From Candidatus Thalassarchaeaceae archaeon (GTDB lineage Archaea > Thermoplasmatota > Poseidoniia > Poseidoniales > Thalassarchaeaceae), in assembly GCA_023268715.1 (NCBI GenBank), contig JALRLV010000002.1:96617-160616 (forward strand): a DNA stretch of 64,000 bases, in the 5' to 3' direction. Both the position numbers and the translations under genes were made by a program. The notes below the pieces were generated by a model that saw nothing but the letters and a program-made list of their open reading frames with translations, was not told the origin of the DNA and made no database searches. Below, piece after piece: positions 11,249-20,668 of the stretch. How positions within the stretch are numbered: the first letter of the stretch is position 1; each line of letters begins with the position of its first letter.

Positions 11249-14200
11249 ATGGCAAATATACAAACAATATCACTAAACGGTGTAAATGTGGACAACCGAT
11301 TCCAGAGCGCCTTGTTGCTGACGCTATTACTTCTCGCACCAATGGCTGGCATTGCTGGAGCTGACGAAGTTGAGCCCGCTCAATCATGTGAAATTCTTGT
11401 TGATTGGGAATATGATTGGGCCCTCGATGAAAACGGAACATGGCAAGAAATGGTAATTCATAGATACAGAACCACCTACGAGCCGGCTTTCCAGAATGGC
11501 ACTTCACCAAGCGGAGTAACAATCGACGTTCAACACATCAGAGAAGGACAAATCATCGCTACTGAGGCTGACTCTAGCTATGTCATAGCGGGTGGCGAAA
11601 TCGATATTGTGCTATCCGATGAGCCGGCATTCCTTGACCAGGTATTTATCGAAGTCAGTTCGACTGAAGCTGCTTGTTCGCGATCCTTGGATATGACAAT
11701 TTGGAACCAACCTTCTGCCGACCACGAAATCACCCGTGAAACCACTTGGGAGTTACAAAATGAGGCTGAAGGAGGTTCGAGCCTATATTTTGAAGGAAGA
11801 GGTTGGCAGAAGCGAACTGGTGAAAGTTTGAGTTCCAGCGAACTAGGAAACGGCTCCCTAGTACTTGATTTAGACACAGGAACCGACCAGATGTATCTGA
11901 CTCTTGATTTGCATAACGTATGGATGAATGAGACCTATGATGGTACAGAAATAACCCGCCAAATTTTCGAAATGCGTGGCTCAGGCAGCCTAGAATTCGT
12001 TAGTGATTCAGAGGACTCTCTAATCGATGTAGAGGCCGATGTATACCAAGCATACATACTCAGAGATTGGGAAGATGGAATATTGACAGAGCGACTAACT
12101 TTGGAAGCCAATGGAGACATTTCCTACAACGGGGGTTCAAACAATAGTACTGAAGGTGGCTATGGAGAACTATCTGTATTCTACATTGAAACTTGGGATG
12201 AAGATGGCGTTCGTCGTTTATCGGACACTCAAATTGAAGCTAACCTGAGTATTCGCCTTCAGACCCAAGATGAAGCATTCTCAATCGAATTGGACGAATT
12301 CCGAACTAGAGAAAAGTGGCTCGACGGAGTTCGCGAAGAACAATCACTGAAAATCAAGGGTTCTGGAGAATTTGGTTTCCTTATCGAAGATAGTCAATTC
12401 CAGGTTCAAGTAAATGGAACCGTTCCAGACATTCACTATGAGGTAGTTGGTGGAGAGGTCGTACAGGATCGCATAATAGTCGATGGCCAATACTCTGGCG
12501 ATGCGAGTGGTTCGTTTGGATATGTTCGCCAAATAGACAAATCTCTGATTCAAGCGAATGCTACTGGAGAAGAATTCGAAGTTGATGTGATTGAAAATGA
12601 ATTATGGCTCAATATTTCAGGAACTCCTATCGGTCCGATTGGACAAGAAATTGAAGCAGAACATAATTTGACCTACGAATACACTGTTCCTCAAACAGAT
12701 TGGGAGAACCGAACAGTTCGCTACCTCTATGTTGAAGATAATGGTACTACAACCAATGAATATCCAGAAAATTCTCCTATAATCTTGGAGCCCGAGAGGC
12801 CTCAGTACGATGGCGACCTGAATGTCACGGGCTTCAGAGAAACTGGTATTGTACCCGACAAATATGTGATCGGAGATAATTTCCCTACATCAAGCGATGG
12901 CAATGGCTCGAGGATAGAAATCATTGGAATTAGGATGGGTATGGCCGATGGACATGAGGTCGAATTGGCTGAGTGGCAGGATACAGAATCCCTAGATAAT
13001 TTCACTGCTTATGGGACGGTAATCAACGAGGGATTGCTAGCTGGTATGCTTCATGAAGTATATCGAATAATCGATGTTGGTCTTCCAATAGGTGGCGAAA
13101 ATGATAACGAATCAGAAGCCGTTAGAGTCTTCGAACATCAGACGCTTGAGAGGGTACTCTATCCCTCGGTAATCACCGCCGCAGAAAATACTCCTCCCGC
13201 CTTGCTTAATCTGAGATTTAGAGAAGGGATTCTATTCACTGAAGGTGGTTTTGCTCACCTCGAAGCAGTGATTGAAGATGTCGATACCGATGTGGTCGGT
13301 GTGATGGTCGATTTGAGTGAATTTGGTCTAGGAATAATCACTCTTTCAGACTCTGGCTTAAACGGCGACGAGGTAATTCAAGACTCAATTTGGACGGGAA
13401 GGATAATTCACGATGGTCTAGAGTTTGGAAACTTATCCGTTCCAGTAAAGATGGATGATCTCTGGACCGATGTCCAAACCACTGCTTATGTTGAAATTTC
13501 AAATGCTGCCCCTCGAATAACTTCGCGCGTCTACACTCCTGACTTTGCATATCGAGGTGAAGTAATCTCTGCAAGTCTCAAGGTAGAGGATGGGCATGGC
13601 GTGAAATCAGTTGCAATCGATCTATTAAGTGCCGGTGGAGAACTTACTCCACTATCATTAGATTCCGATGGTGATAGATGGACTGGCCAGTTCATCCTAC
13701 CTGATTCTGTAGCACCTGGATTGCGGACGATTCCTATTCAGGTCGAAGATAACCAAGGTGCTAGTGCTATCATAGATGGCGGTTCGGTAGTACAGGTCTT
13801 GAACGAAGCTCCAGAGATAACCAACGTATCTTTCTATGATGAGGGCGAATGGGTAGCAGTAATCGAGATTCCTAAATCTGGTGAGAAAACATACACCATG
13901 GAAGTATCAGTTTCCGATCCTGATGGAGTATCTTCTGCCCAAGCGAAAATTGGTCGTCTTGCACCAATTGGCAAATCTGAAACATGGCTATTGTTGAACG
14001 ACGATGGCCAATATGGTGACAGAGTCGCAGGAGATGGGATATTTTCCATACAAATCGATGTCCGCTCTAGTTTATCTGAGGGCGAGATCAATTACCTTGT
14101 TCGAGGGTCGGATATATTCCAGTCTATCACACCAACACAGTCTCAGACATATACAATCGAATTAGTTGATGAGAAGGCTTCTGGAGGAGTGGGGACAAAT

Positions 14201-14308
14201 TGGATTGCAGAAAATTCCACCACTCTGGTGCTGATTGGCTTGCTAATGTTGCTCGCCTTAGGGGCTACAGCAATAGTTGTGACAATGCGAAATGCTGATT
14301 TCGACTAA
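11249..14308 (+). CDS. Large secreted surface protein with three C-terminal Ig-like repeats and a C-terminal TM anchor
   Basis: 1019 aa. It has a signal peptide (LLLTLLLLAPMAGIAGA), many N-x-S/T sequons, and three ~100-aa repeats beginning NTPPALLN / NAAPRITS / NEAPEITN (nt ~13187, 13502, 13802). The C-terminal TM helix is followed by RNADFD. Confidence 0.75.
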   Translation: MANIQTISLNGVNVDNRFQSALLLTLLLLAPMAGIAGADEVEPAQSCEILVDWEYDWALDENGTWQEMVIHRYRTTYEPAFQNGTSPSGVTIDVQHIREGQIIATEADSSYVIAGGEIDIVLSDEPAFLDQVFIEVSSTEAACSRSLDMTIWNQPSADHEITRETTWELQNEAEGGSSLYFEGRGWQKRTGESLSSSELGNGSLVLDLDTGTDQMYLTLDLHNVWMNETYDGTEITRQIFEMRGSGSLEFVSDSEDSLIDVEADVYQAYILRDWEDGILTERLTLEANGDISYNGGSNNSTEGGYGELSVFYIETWDEDGVRRLSDTQIEANLSIRLQTQDEAFSIELDEFRTREKWLDGVREEQSLKIKGSGEFGFLIEDSQFQVQVNGTVPDIHYEVVGGEVVQDRIIVDGQYSGDASGSFGYVRQIDKSLIQANATGEEFEVDVIENELWLNISGTPIGPIGQEIEAEHNLTYEYTVPQTDWENRTVRYLYVEDNGTTTNEYPENSPIILEPERPQYDGDLNVTGFRETGIVPDKYVIGDNFPTSSDGNGSRIEIIGIRMGMADGHEVELAEWQDTESLDNFTAYGTVINEGLLAGMLHEVYRIIDVGLPIGGENDNESEAVRVFEHQTLERVLYPSVITAAENTPPALLNLRFREGILFTEGGFAHLEAVIEDVDTDVVGVMVDLSEFGLGIITLSDSGLNGDEVIQDSIWTGRIIHDGLEFGNLSVPVKMDDLWTDVQTTAYVEISNAAPRITSRVYTPDFAYRGEVISASLKVEDGHGVKSVAIDLLSAGGELTPLSLDSDGDRWTGQFILPDSVAPGLRTIPIQVEDNQGASAIIDGGSVVQVLNEAPEITNVSFYDEGEWVAVIEIPKSGEKTYTMEVSVSDPDGVSSAQAKIGRLAPIGKSETWLLLNDDGQYGDRVAGDGIFSIQIDVRSSLSEGEINYLVRGSDIFQSITPTQSQTYTIELVDEKASGGVGTNWIAENSTTLVLIGLLMLLALGATAIVVTMRNADFD

Positions 14309-14335
14309 AATGCCATAAATTGAGATAATATTTCA

Positions 14336-14410
14336 TGGTACGAGTGCCGGGATTTGAACCCGGGTTCAGGCGTTGGCAACGCCCGGTGATAACCACTACA
14401 CTACACTCGT
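14336..14410 (-). tRNA. tRNA-Gly (anticodon GCC), CCA encoded
   Basis: Manual cloverleaf: ACGAGTG TA GTGT AGTGGTTA TCAC C GGGCG TTGCCAA CGCCT GAAC CCGGG TTCAAAT CCCGG CACTCGT A CCA. It has a 7-bp acceptor stem, a 5-bp anticodon stem and a GTTCAAATC T-loop. Confidence 0.85.
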
Positions 14411-14454
14411 GCGAAACTGGGGAATCAAGACTCACTTTTCTAAGCGTCGGTGGT

Positions 14455-14817
14455 CTATGCAGAAAGTCTCTCCAGGTTTTCGATGATTGTATCCCGGGTA
14501 CTTCGATAAACATCAATAGGTAATCCAACTGGGTCCTCAAGCCCCCAATCTTCTGCAATAGGAAGCATTGGGCATTCAACTCCACATCCCATGCTGATTA
14601 TCATGTCCCAGCCTTCTGTTTCTATATCATCTACAGATTTTGGTCTTAGACCAGATGTGCCAACTCCCATTTCCTCTAATACAGTTAGTGAGTTTGCAGC
14701 CACGTTTGGTCCGGGGTGTGTTCCTGCAGATGCTGCCTCATGGCCAAAATGTCGAGCTAGCGCTTCCGCCATTTGGCTTCGACACGTATTCCCCACACAT
14801 ACAAACAGCAGACGCAT
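14455..14817 (-). CDS. arsC: Arsenate reductase / low-molecular-weight protein-tyrosine phosphatase family
   Basis: 120 aa. Contains LFVCVGNTCRSQMAEA (CX5R P-loop) and additional Cys residues in GCGVECP, as in Trx-coupled ArsC. Confidence 0.75.
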   Translation of the reverse strand: MRLLFVCVGNTCRSQMAEALARHFGHEAASAGTHPGPNVAANSLTVLEEMGVGTSGLRPKSVDDIETEGWDMIISMGCGVECPMLPIAEDWGLEDPVGLPIDVYRSTRDTIIENLERLSA

Positions 14818-14951
14818 GTATGATGAGTGGCAGCCAACCTACTTGAAGGAAACACCAATTGAGTACAGCCCCGAGGGCTGATTTTTGACCCAATTTTGTT
14901 TTATTTTCACCACGCAGGCTTGAAGTAGGCCTCACCTCGCCCTTTCTATCA

Positions 14952-15983
14952 ATGTCAGATTCGCCAATCTCCCACCACCCGGGCGGTGGTCTCCCGATGG
15001 CCGATTCACAAGGTACCTCAGAGGAAGCATCTGCTTCACCGGAACAGAAGGCGCAAATGGAGCAAGCATACGCCCAGATGCGCCGAAAGATGCGGATGAC
15101 TCAGTTAGACGAGGAGATCAAACACAAGGTCATGGTCCTATCTGGAAAGGGTGGAGTGGGCAAATCTACAGTGTCGGTAGGACTAGCTCTTTCGCTTGCT
15201 CGACAAGGAAAGAAAGTTGGACTAATGGATATCGACATCACCGGTCCCAATGTACCAAAGATGCTGGGTATCGAGGATGCTGAATTGCACGTTGAAGACG
15301 GTCAAATTTTCCCAGCAATTGGACCTCATGGACTGAAGGTAATTTCCATGGCTTTCCTTATCGAAGACCCGGATAAGCCGGTAATTTGGCGCGGACCAAT
15401 CAAACTTGGAGCAATTCAACAATTCATTGGAGACGTTGCATGGGGAGAATTAGATGCCCTAATCATCGACTTCCCACCCGGAACCAGTGACGAACCTCTT
15501 ACCGTATCACAGAGCCTTCCAGGTATTGATGGAGTTGTAATAGTAACAACACCTCAAGACGTTGCTTTACTAGATTCTCGTAAGTCGATTAATTTCGCCA
15601 AAACCATTTCTCTACCGTGCTTAGGTGTTGTCGAAAATATGAGTGGATATACACTCCATGGAAAGGCTGAGCCTAACTCTCAAATCAGTATCATGGGACC
15701 TACTGGAACCGCTATCGAATCAACTACCGATGAAAATGGAGATTGGTCTGTTACCCTAGACGTATTCAAGTCGGGTGGCGGAGAGGCCGCAGCCGTCGAA
15801 CTTGAAGTCCCATTCCTTGGTGCCTTACCATTCGACCCAGGCATTGTCAGAGGCGGCGACGATGGTGTACATCGCATTATTGCCGAACCTGATGGTGCTA
15901 CAGCCGCGGCCTTCGATGCGGTTGTGAATAATGTACTGGTCGAGTTAGAGGGAAGTAGTGGTCCAACTGTCCGAATCTCTTAG
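14952..15983 (+). CDS. Mrp/NBP35/ApbC-family P-loop ATPase, variant lacking the CxxC Fe-S ligands
   Basis: 343 aa. Contains VLSGKGGVGKSTV (deviant Walker A), IIDFPPGTSDE and VVENMS. The usual CPxC after ENMS is replaced by a ~27-aa Cys-free insert. Confidence 0.8.
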   Translation: MSDSPISHHPGGGLPMADSQGTSEEASASPEQKAQMEQAYAQMRRKMRMTQLDEEIKHKVMVLSGKGGVGKSTVSVGLALSLARQGKKVGLMDIDITGPNVPKMLGIEDAELHVEDGQIFPAIGPHGLKVISMAFLIEDPDKPVIWRGPIKLGAIQQFIGDVAWGELDALIIDFPPGTSDEPLTVSQSLPGIDGVVIVTTPQDVALLDSRKSINFAKTISLPCLGVVENMSGYTLHGKAEPNSQISIMGPTGTAIESTTDENGDWSVTLDVFKSGGGEAAAVELEVPFLGALPFDPGIVRGGDDGVHRIIAEPDGATAAAFDAVVNNVLVELEGSSGPTVRIS

Positions 15984-16079
15984 ATTCAGACGAATTAGAG
16001 GAGTTTTTACTCTCGATTTCGTTAGGGGTGGATTCTTGAGATATTGGTTGCCCCGGTGATTTAGGGAGTGGAGACCAGT

Positions 16080-18209
16080 ATGGCGGGTGGCTCTGGAATC
16101 TACATATCTTGGCTGATGGGCGCTATTCTGCTATCCGTTGCTCTCATGCCTTTGATGAAGCCGCCTTGGGCAAAAATCAGAATTCAAGGTTTCATCGATA
16201 TGTTCCGTCGGTACTGGGCTCACATGTTTGTAGTATTCTCAGTATATCTTTGGAAAGATATTCTTGACCAACTTGATCGTATCTTGATGGCTAATACTCA
16301 ACTCGATATGACCCCATATGTCTACGCTATCGAGGGGGATATTGTACTGTGGATTCAGGATGCTTTCCAAAATGAATTACTGTCAATTGCTCTGACTCAC
16401 TTTTATGTCATGGGGTTCATGACAGCAACCTTCGCATCATTCGTCTACCCAATATATTTCGATGACCGTCATATGGCAGACAGAGTCTCATTGTCTATGT
16501 TCTGGGTCTATGTATTGGCAATTCCATTTTACTTATTTTTCAATGTAAGAGTGACTGGAGATCACATCCCAGCCATGGAAACAATCGCCTATGATTTAAC
16601 ACCAGAAATACACAATTGGTTCACCAGAATAGACCCGTTTACAAACGGTATGCCTAGTCTCCACATTGGCCTGCCATTTGCAGTATGGTTGACTTATCTA
16701 AAGTGGGATGACGATGGTCGTTGGGCCAAATTTAGAACCGCACTAATGATTTTCATATTGTTAACTGGATTTACAATCCTGTATCTTGGAATTCATTGGG
16801 TGGTTGACATAATTGGTGGAATTCTAGTCGCAACACTCGCCGTCAACCTAACCGAAAGAACTCAAGAGCCAGTTTGGAGGTTTGCAGACGAGCGTCTCTT
16901 CACTCGTCGATTAGCTAGATTCATGAAAGATCCCAAAGCATGGTTTGTAGGGGTTAAGAACTCAATTAACGCACTAATTGATCCATACAGAGAACCCTCG
17001 AAAACCCAAACAGGGGCGTTGATTGTTGCCATTCTTCTTGGGACCGGTCTTGTTCTACTTTGGGACGCAACACACCAAGATTTCCCCGTGGAGGGAGTTA
17101 CCCCAACCTACACAGCGGGGTCAGGTGATTGGTTGGTTACCGTACAAGAAAATGATAACGAAACGGTCGACTTTATTTGTTGGAGTTCTCAAACCAGGAA
17201 GTCGGAAACAATTACTACAATAATTCTCGGTGAAGAAGGATGGACTTCTGTTCCCAGGGTTGCTGCATCAGAAAAAGGGGTTGCCCTATTTGACTCATTT
17301 AAGTTACAATTCTGGTCATACAACAATGCTTCGAAGACATTCAGTCTAAATTGGTGGACGAAAATCAATCCTGAATCTGAGCCAATAATCGATGTTCTAT
17401 TGGCTGAAAATGCCAATCAAGAAGCCGTAATTGCAGTGGTTTACTCAAATGACCTAATCTATCGAAATTCAGATGGGGTTATTGTTGATTATGTTTCACC
17501 TGATGGGCCATTTTCCATAGTGGCATCATCCGGTTCCTTAATTGCAAGTGCTAATTCAACTGCGAATGGTCCTGTGCTTGATATTGTCTCTCTTTCCACT
17601 CAATTGAATCTTAGAATTGACATTACAAATACAACTGACGAAGATGTAGACAATCATTTAGGCGATGTATTTGGAGAAGAGGTAAATTACTCTAATTCTC
17701 AAATTGTTGAACTAGCAATGGATGGAAATGACATCGTTGCGGTTGTTGATGTAGGACCAGTAAATCGGACAATACTTATCGACACAATTAGTGGCTCTCA
17801 ATTATTACTTTCAAACCCACTTTGGCCTTCCTCATCACCCAGCATTTCCGGTGAAAATGTTGCATTTCTCCAAATCCCTCGATTCGACCCAACAGCGGAA
17901 CCAGACGATTTGTTGACAGCTAGAGATGTTTTTCTTCACAATATAGAAGAAAATATAACATTACAATTGACCATTAACGATGATGTAGACCAGTATAATC
18001 CTCAGGTTTTGGAATCTAATTTGGCATGGACAGAAAGTCTAGATGATGGTACTTTGGAAATTCGTATGTATGCTTTAGAGGAAACCTTCGAACCCTATTC
18101 TTCGGTGGTATTACAATCTTCGATAGTACTTCTAATTCCGATGATGATTCTCTATGCTTTCCAATCGGCAAATGGTTCATCGAAAGCCAATGGGCGTAAA
18201 GAGAATTAA
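16080..18209 (+). CDS. Polytopic membrane protein with a PAP2-like phosphatase/transferase domain fused to a large extracytoplasmic domain and a C-terminal TM helix
   Basis: The ORF starts at GTG 16068, and the ATG at 16080 is preferred. It has multiple TM helices. PSLHIGLP and HWVVDIIGG resemble PAP2 motifs C2/C3. About 330 aa of beta-rich, N-glycosylation-sequon-rich sequence follow. Confidence 0.6.
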   Translation: MAGGSGIYISWLMGAILLSVALMPLMKPPWAKIRIQGFIDMFRRYWAHMFVVFSVYLWKDILDQLDRILMANTQLDMTPYVYAIEGDIVLWIQDAFQNELLSIALTHFYVMGFMTATFASFVYPIYFDDRHMADRVSLSMFWVYVLAIPFYLFFNVRVTGDHIPAMETIAYDLTPEIHNWFTRIDPFTNGMPSLHIGLPFAVWLTYLKWDDDGRWAKFRTALMIFILLTGFTILYLGIHWVVDIIGGILVATLAVNLTERTQEPVWRFADERLFTRRLARFMKDPKAWFVGVKNSINALIDPYREPSKTQTGALIVAILLGTGLVLLWDATHQDFPVEGVTPTYTAGSGDWLVTVQENDNETVDFICWSSQTRKSETITTIILGEEGWTSVPRVAASEKGVALFDSFKLQFWSYNNASKTFSLNWWTKINPESEPIIDVLLAENANQEAVIAVVYSNDLIYRNSDGVIVDYVSPDGPFSIVASSGSLIASANSTANGPVLDIVSLSTQLNLRIDITNTTDEDVDNHLGDVFGEEVNYSNSQIVELAMDGNDIVAVVDVGPVNRTILIDTISGSQLLLSNPLWPSSSPSISGENVAFLQIPRFDPTAEPDDLLTARDVFLHNIEENITLQLTINDDVDQYNPQVLESNLAWTESLDDGTLEIRMYALEETFEPYSSVVLQSSIVLLIPMMILYAFQSANGSSKANGRKEN

Positions 18210-19295
18210 TCATTCAGCAAGCCTGAACATTTCGTCTAAACTTCTTTGCGCACGCTGTATAATTTCATCATCGAGTTCAATGATTTGATCCGGGTGAGGT
18301 TTTCGTAGTGCCTGAAGTATATCTTCCAATTGAGTCATTTTCATGTAACGGCACATAACACAAGTTCCAATTAGATTCAGCTCATTTTCCGATTCTGCTC
18401 TAACCCGATCAGCAGTTCCACATTCTGTAATTAGCATAATATCGGATTTTCCTTCTGAACCAAGTCTCAAAGCTTCTTCTCGAAGTACTTCACTGCTACC
18501 GACAATATCGCTCTCTGCGATTACGTCCGCATCGCATTCTGGATGACTCAGTACTTGTAATTCGATTCCCTGCTCCGCGGTCCTGTCTCTCCATGAGCGT
18601 ATTTTTTCTCCAGTAAAGGTAGCGTGAACATAACATTCGCCTTCGTAATTGATGACTTCCTTCCTTCCAGCGAGATGTTCAGCAAGATGTTTACCCATTA
18701 ATTGGTCAGGTACGAAGATTATTCGATCACCAGGGAGTCTTTCACAAATTTTGAGATAATTGCTACTTGTTACGCAGACATCAACCTCAGCCTTTACTTC
18801 GGCAGTTGTGTTGATGTAACATGCGACTGGAACTCCCGGATATCTCGACTTTAGATCGCGAACATCCTGTGCAGTTATGCTATCTGAAAGTGTACAGCCG
18901 GCATCCGGAGATGGGTGTAAAACGGTCTTGTGAGGACTGACGATTTTCGCAGTCTCGGCCATGAATCTTACGCTAGAAAATAAAATAGTTTGCTGCGGTG
19001 CATCTCTAGCGGCCTTAGATAATGTGTAACTATCTGATACCGAGTCCGCTACTCCGTACACAATATCAGGAGTTTGATAAGAGTGAGCGATGAGAAAAAC
19101 ATCGTTCTCTTTCTTTAATTGATTAATTTCGAGAGTTAATGGTGCAATTGTTTTGCAAGTTTCAATGTCCCAAAGTGCACCTTGATTTATCACCCTCTGT
19201 AGCCTCTTAGCCTCTGCATCTATCTCTTCCTTTGAATACGACTTTGGAGTCAAAAGACCCCTAGGTAGCGGGGCCGAAGGCATCTGCAATGTCAT
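18210..19295 (-). CDS. nadA: Quinolinate synthase
   Basis: 361 aa. Contains LIAHSYQTPDI, RFMAETAKI, a conserved Cys in TLSDS/CYINT, and LSHPECD. Confidence 0.85.
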   Translation of the reverse strand: MTLQMPSAPLPRGLLTPKSYSKEEIDAEAKRLQRVINQGALWDIETCKTIAPLTLEINQLKKENDVFLIAHSYQTPDIVYGVADSVSDSYTLSKAARDAPQQTILFSSVRFMAETAKIVSPHKTVLHPSPDAGCTLSDSITAQDVRDLKSRYPGVPVACYINTTAEVKAEVDVCVTSSNYLKICERLPGDRIIFVPDQLMGKHLAEHLAGRKEVINYEGECYVHATFTGEKIRSWRDRTAEQGIELQVLSHPECDADVIAESDIVGSSEVLREEALRLGSEGKSDIMLITECGTADRVRAESENELNLIGTCVMCRYMKMTQLEDILQALRKPHPDQIIELDDEIIQRAQRSLDEMFRLAE

Positions 19296-19374
19296 CTGAA
19301 CTCGCTACCTCGTCATGTGCAACCGCTTTCAAGGCATCTCACCTCGGAAGGGCATGGATGAAGGGTCGATTCCG

Positions 19375-20028
19375 ATGTGGATTGAGGACACGGTCCTTCA
19401 CATCGGGGCAGAGGCAACTGCAATTTCAGGCTCTTGGATGGGGCGAAAAGCAGTTCTCAAAAAGAGGGAACCAAGAGCCTATAGGCACCCTTCATTAGAT
19501 AGGAAATTAACTCGTCAAAGATTGGCTGCAGAGGCTAGGATTCTATCGCGTTTACAATCTATTGATTTTCCTTCTCCATCACTACTGGATTTAGATGCAG
19601 ATGGAGGATGGATGTTACTTTCAAGAATAGATGGAGTGCCTTTGTATGAAGCATTACAGAATGGGGATGCAGGGCCTGAAGAAATTCGTAAGTTTGGAAA
19701 ATTGATTCGAAAATTGCATGAATCTGATATCGCTCATGGAGATTTAACTACACACAATGTGCTAATTGATGATGATGGAAACTTGACTCTAATCGACTTT
19801 GGCCTCGCCAGAATTGCTCCAGAAATTGAACAACTCGGCTTAGATTTACAGGTTCTGAATGAATGCCTAACTGCCAGCCATTATAATTTTGAATCAGCAG
19901 TTGAAACAATGGTTGAAGGCTATTTATCGGCGGAATCTGGCGAATCTTCTGCCGTATCTCATTTGTCTGCAAAGGAAGTTGTTGAGAGATTCAATGCGAT
20001 CCGTGGCCGAGTTAGATATCATGCCTGA
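19375..20028 (+). CDS. bud32: KEOPS-complex kinase Bud32 (Kae1-associated kinase)
   Basis: Contains GAEA, KKR..YRHPSLD, HGDLTTHNVLI and LIDFGLA. The ORF is open from 19315, and alternative ATGs lie at 19315 and 19354. Confidence 0.85.
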   Translation: MWIEDTVLHIGAEATAISGSWMGRKAVLKKREPRAYRHPSLDRKLTRQRLAAEARILSRLQSIDFPSPSLLDLDADGGWMLLSRIDGVPLYEALQNGDAGPEEIRKFGKLIRKLHESDIAHGDLTTHNVLIDDDGNLTLIDFGLARIAPEIEQLGLDLQVLNECLTASHYNFESAVETMVEGYLSAESGESSAVSHLSAKEVVERFNAIRGRVRYHA

Positions 20029-20037
20029 GTTGAGAAA

Positions 20038-20631
20038 ATGAGAATTCTCTTTGCAACAGGAAATGAAAACAAAATTGTAGAAGCTCGAGAGGTGTTAGGG
20101 CCTCTGGGACACAGTGTGGAGGGCCTGGTAATCAACGGACTGAGGCCTAATTTTGATGAGCCAAAGCATCTCGGATTGGACGGTGTAGCAGAATCGAAAA
20201 TCCGACAAGCAATGGATTTAATTCAAGGAAGCAAATTAGAAGGTAGCGCAATTCTTGTAGAAGATTCAGGTATTTTCCTTGATTCATTTCCTGAATGGCC
20301 GGGTGCAGAATCTTCGGATGTAGAGAAAGAAATTGGTCTTTATGGGATTATCGAGAAAGTCAAAGAATCCGGAAATAGCGGTGCAGAATATCGGGCGGTA
20401 GCAATTCTCTCAAATGGAAATCGAGTTTGGAAATCAAGTGGTATCTGCCGCGGTAAAATATCTGACCATCCACGGGGCAAAAATGGCTTCGGATATGACC
20501 CAATTTTCATTCCTGAGGAAGGCGACGGAGGGACCTTTGGAGAATTAGGCAATGAGATTAAAAATCAGATATCTCACAGGAAAAAAGCCATGCTAGAACT
20601 ATCAAATCTTCTCAAATCCCCGTCAAGGTGA
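20038..20631 (+). CDS. rdgB: Non-canonical purine NTP pyrophosphatase (RdgB/HAM1 ITPase)
   Basis: 197 aa. Contains FATGNENK, GFGYDPIF and ISHRKKA. Confidence 0.85.
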   Translation: MRILFATGNENKIVEAREVLGPLGHSVEGLVINGLRPNFDEPKHLGLDGVAESKIRQAMDLIQGSKLEGSAILVEDSGIFLDSFPEWPGAESSDVEKEIGLYGIIEKVKESGNSGAEYRAVAILSNGNRVWKSSGICRGKISDHPRGKNGFGYDPIFIPEEGDGGTFGELGNEIKNQISHRKKAMLELSNLLKSPSR

Positions 20632-20668
20632 ATAGAGACTAGCCACTGTGATAGCTTGAGGGACAGAC

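Noticed and set aside
14866-14886. Hairpin CAGCCC-CGA-GGGCTG followed by ATTTTT, which looks like an intrinsic terminator on the plus strand.
   Set aside because: No plus-strand gene ends upstream of it. It sits in the divergent arsC/mrp promoter spacer. It might be an operator palindrome, but I cannot support any specific function.
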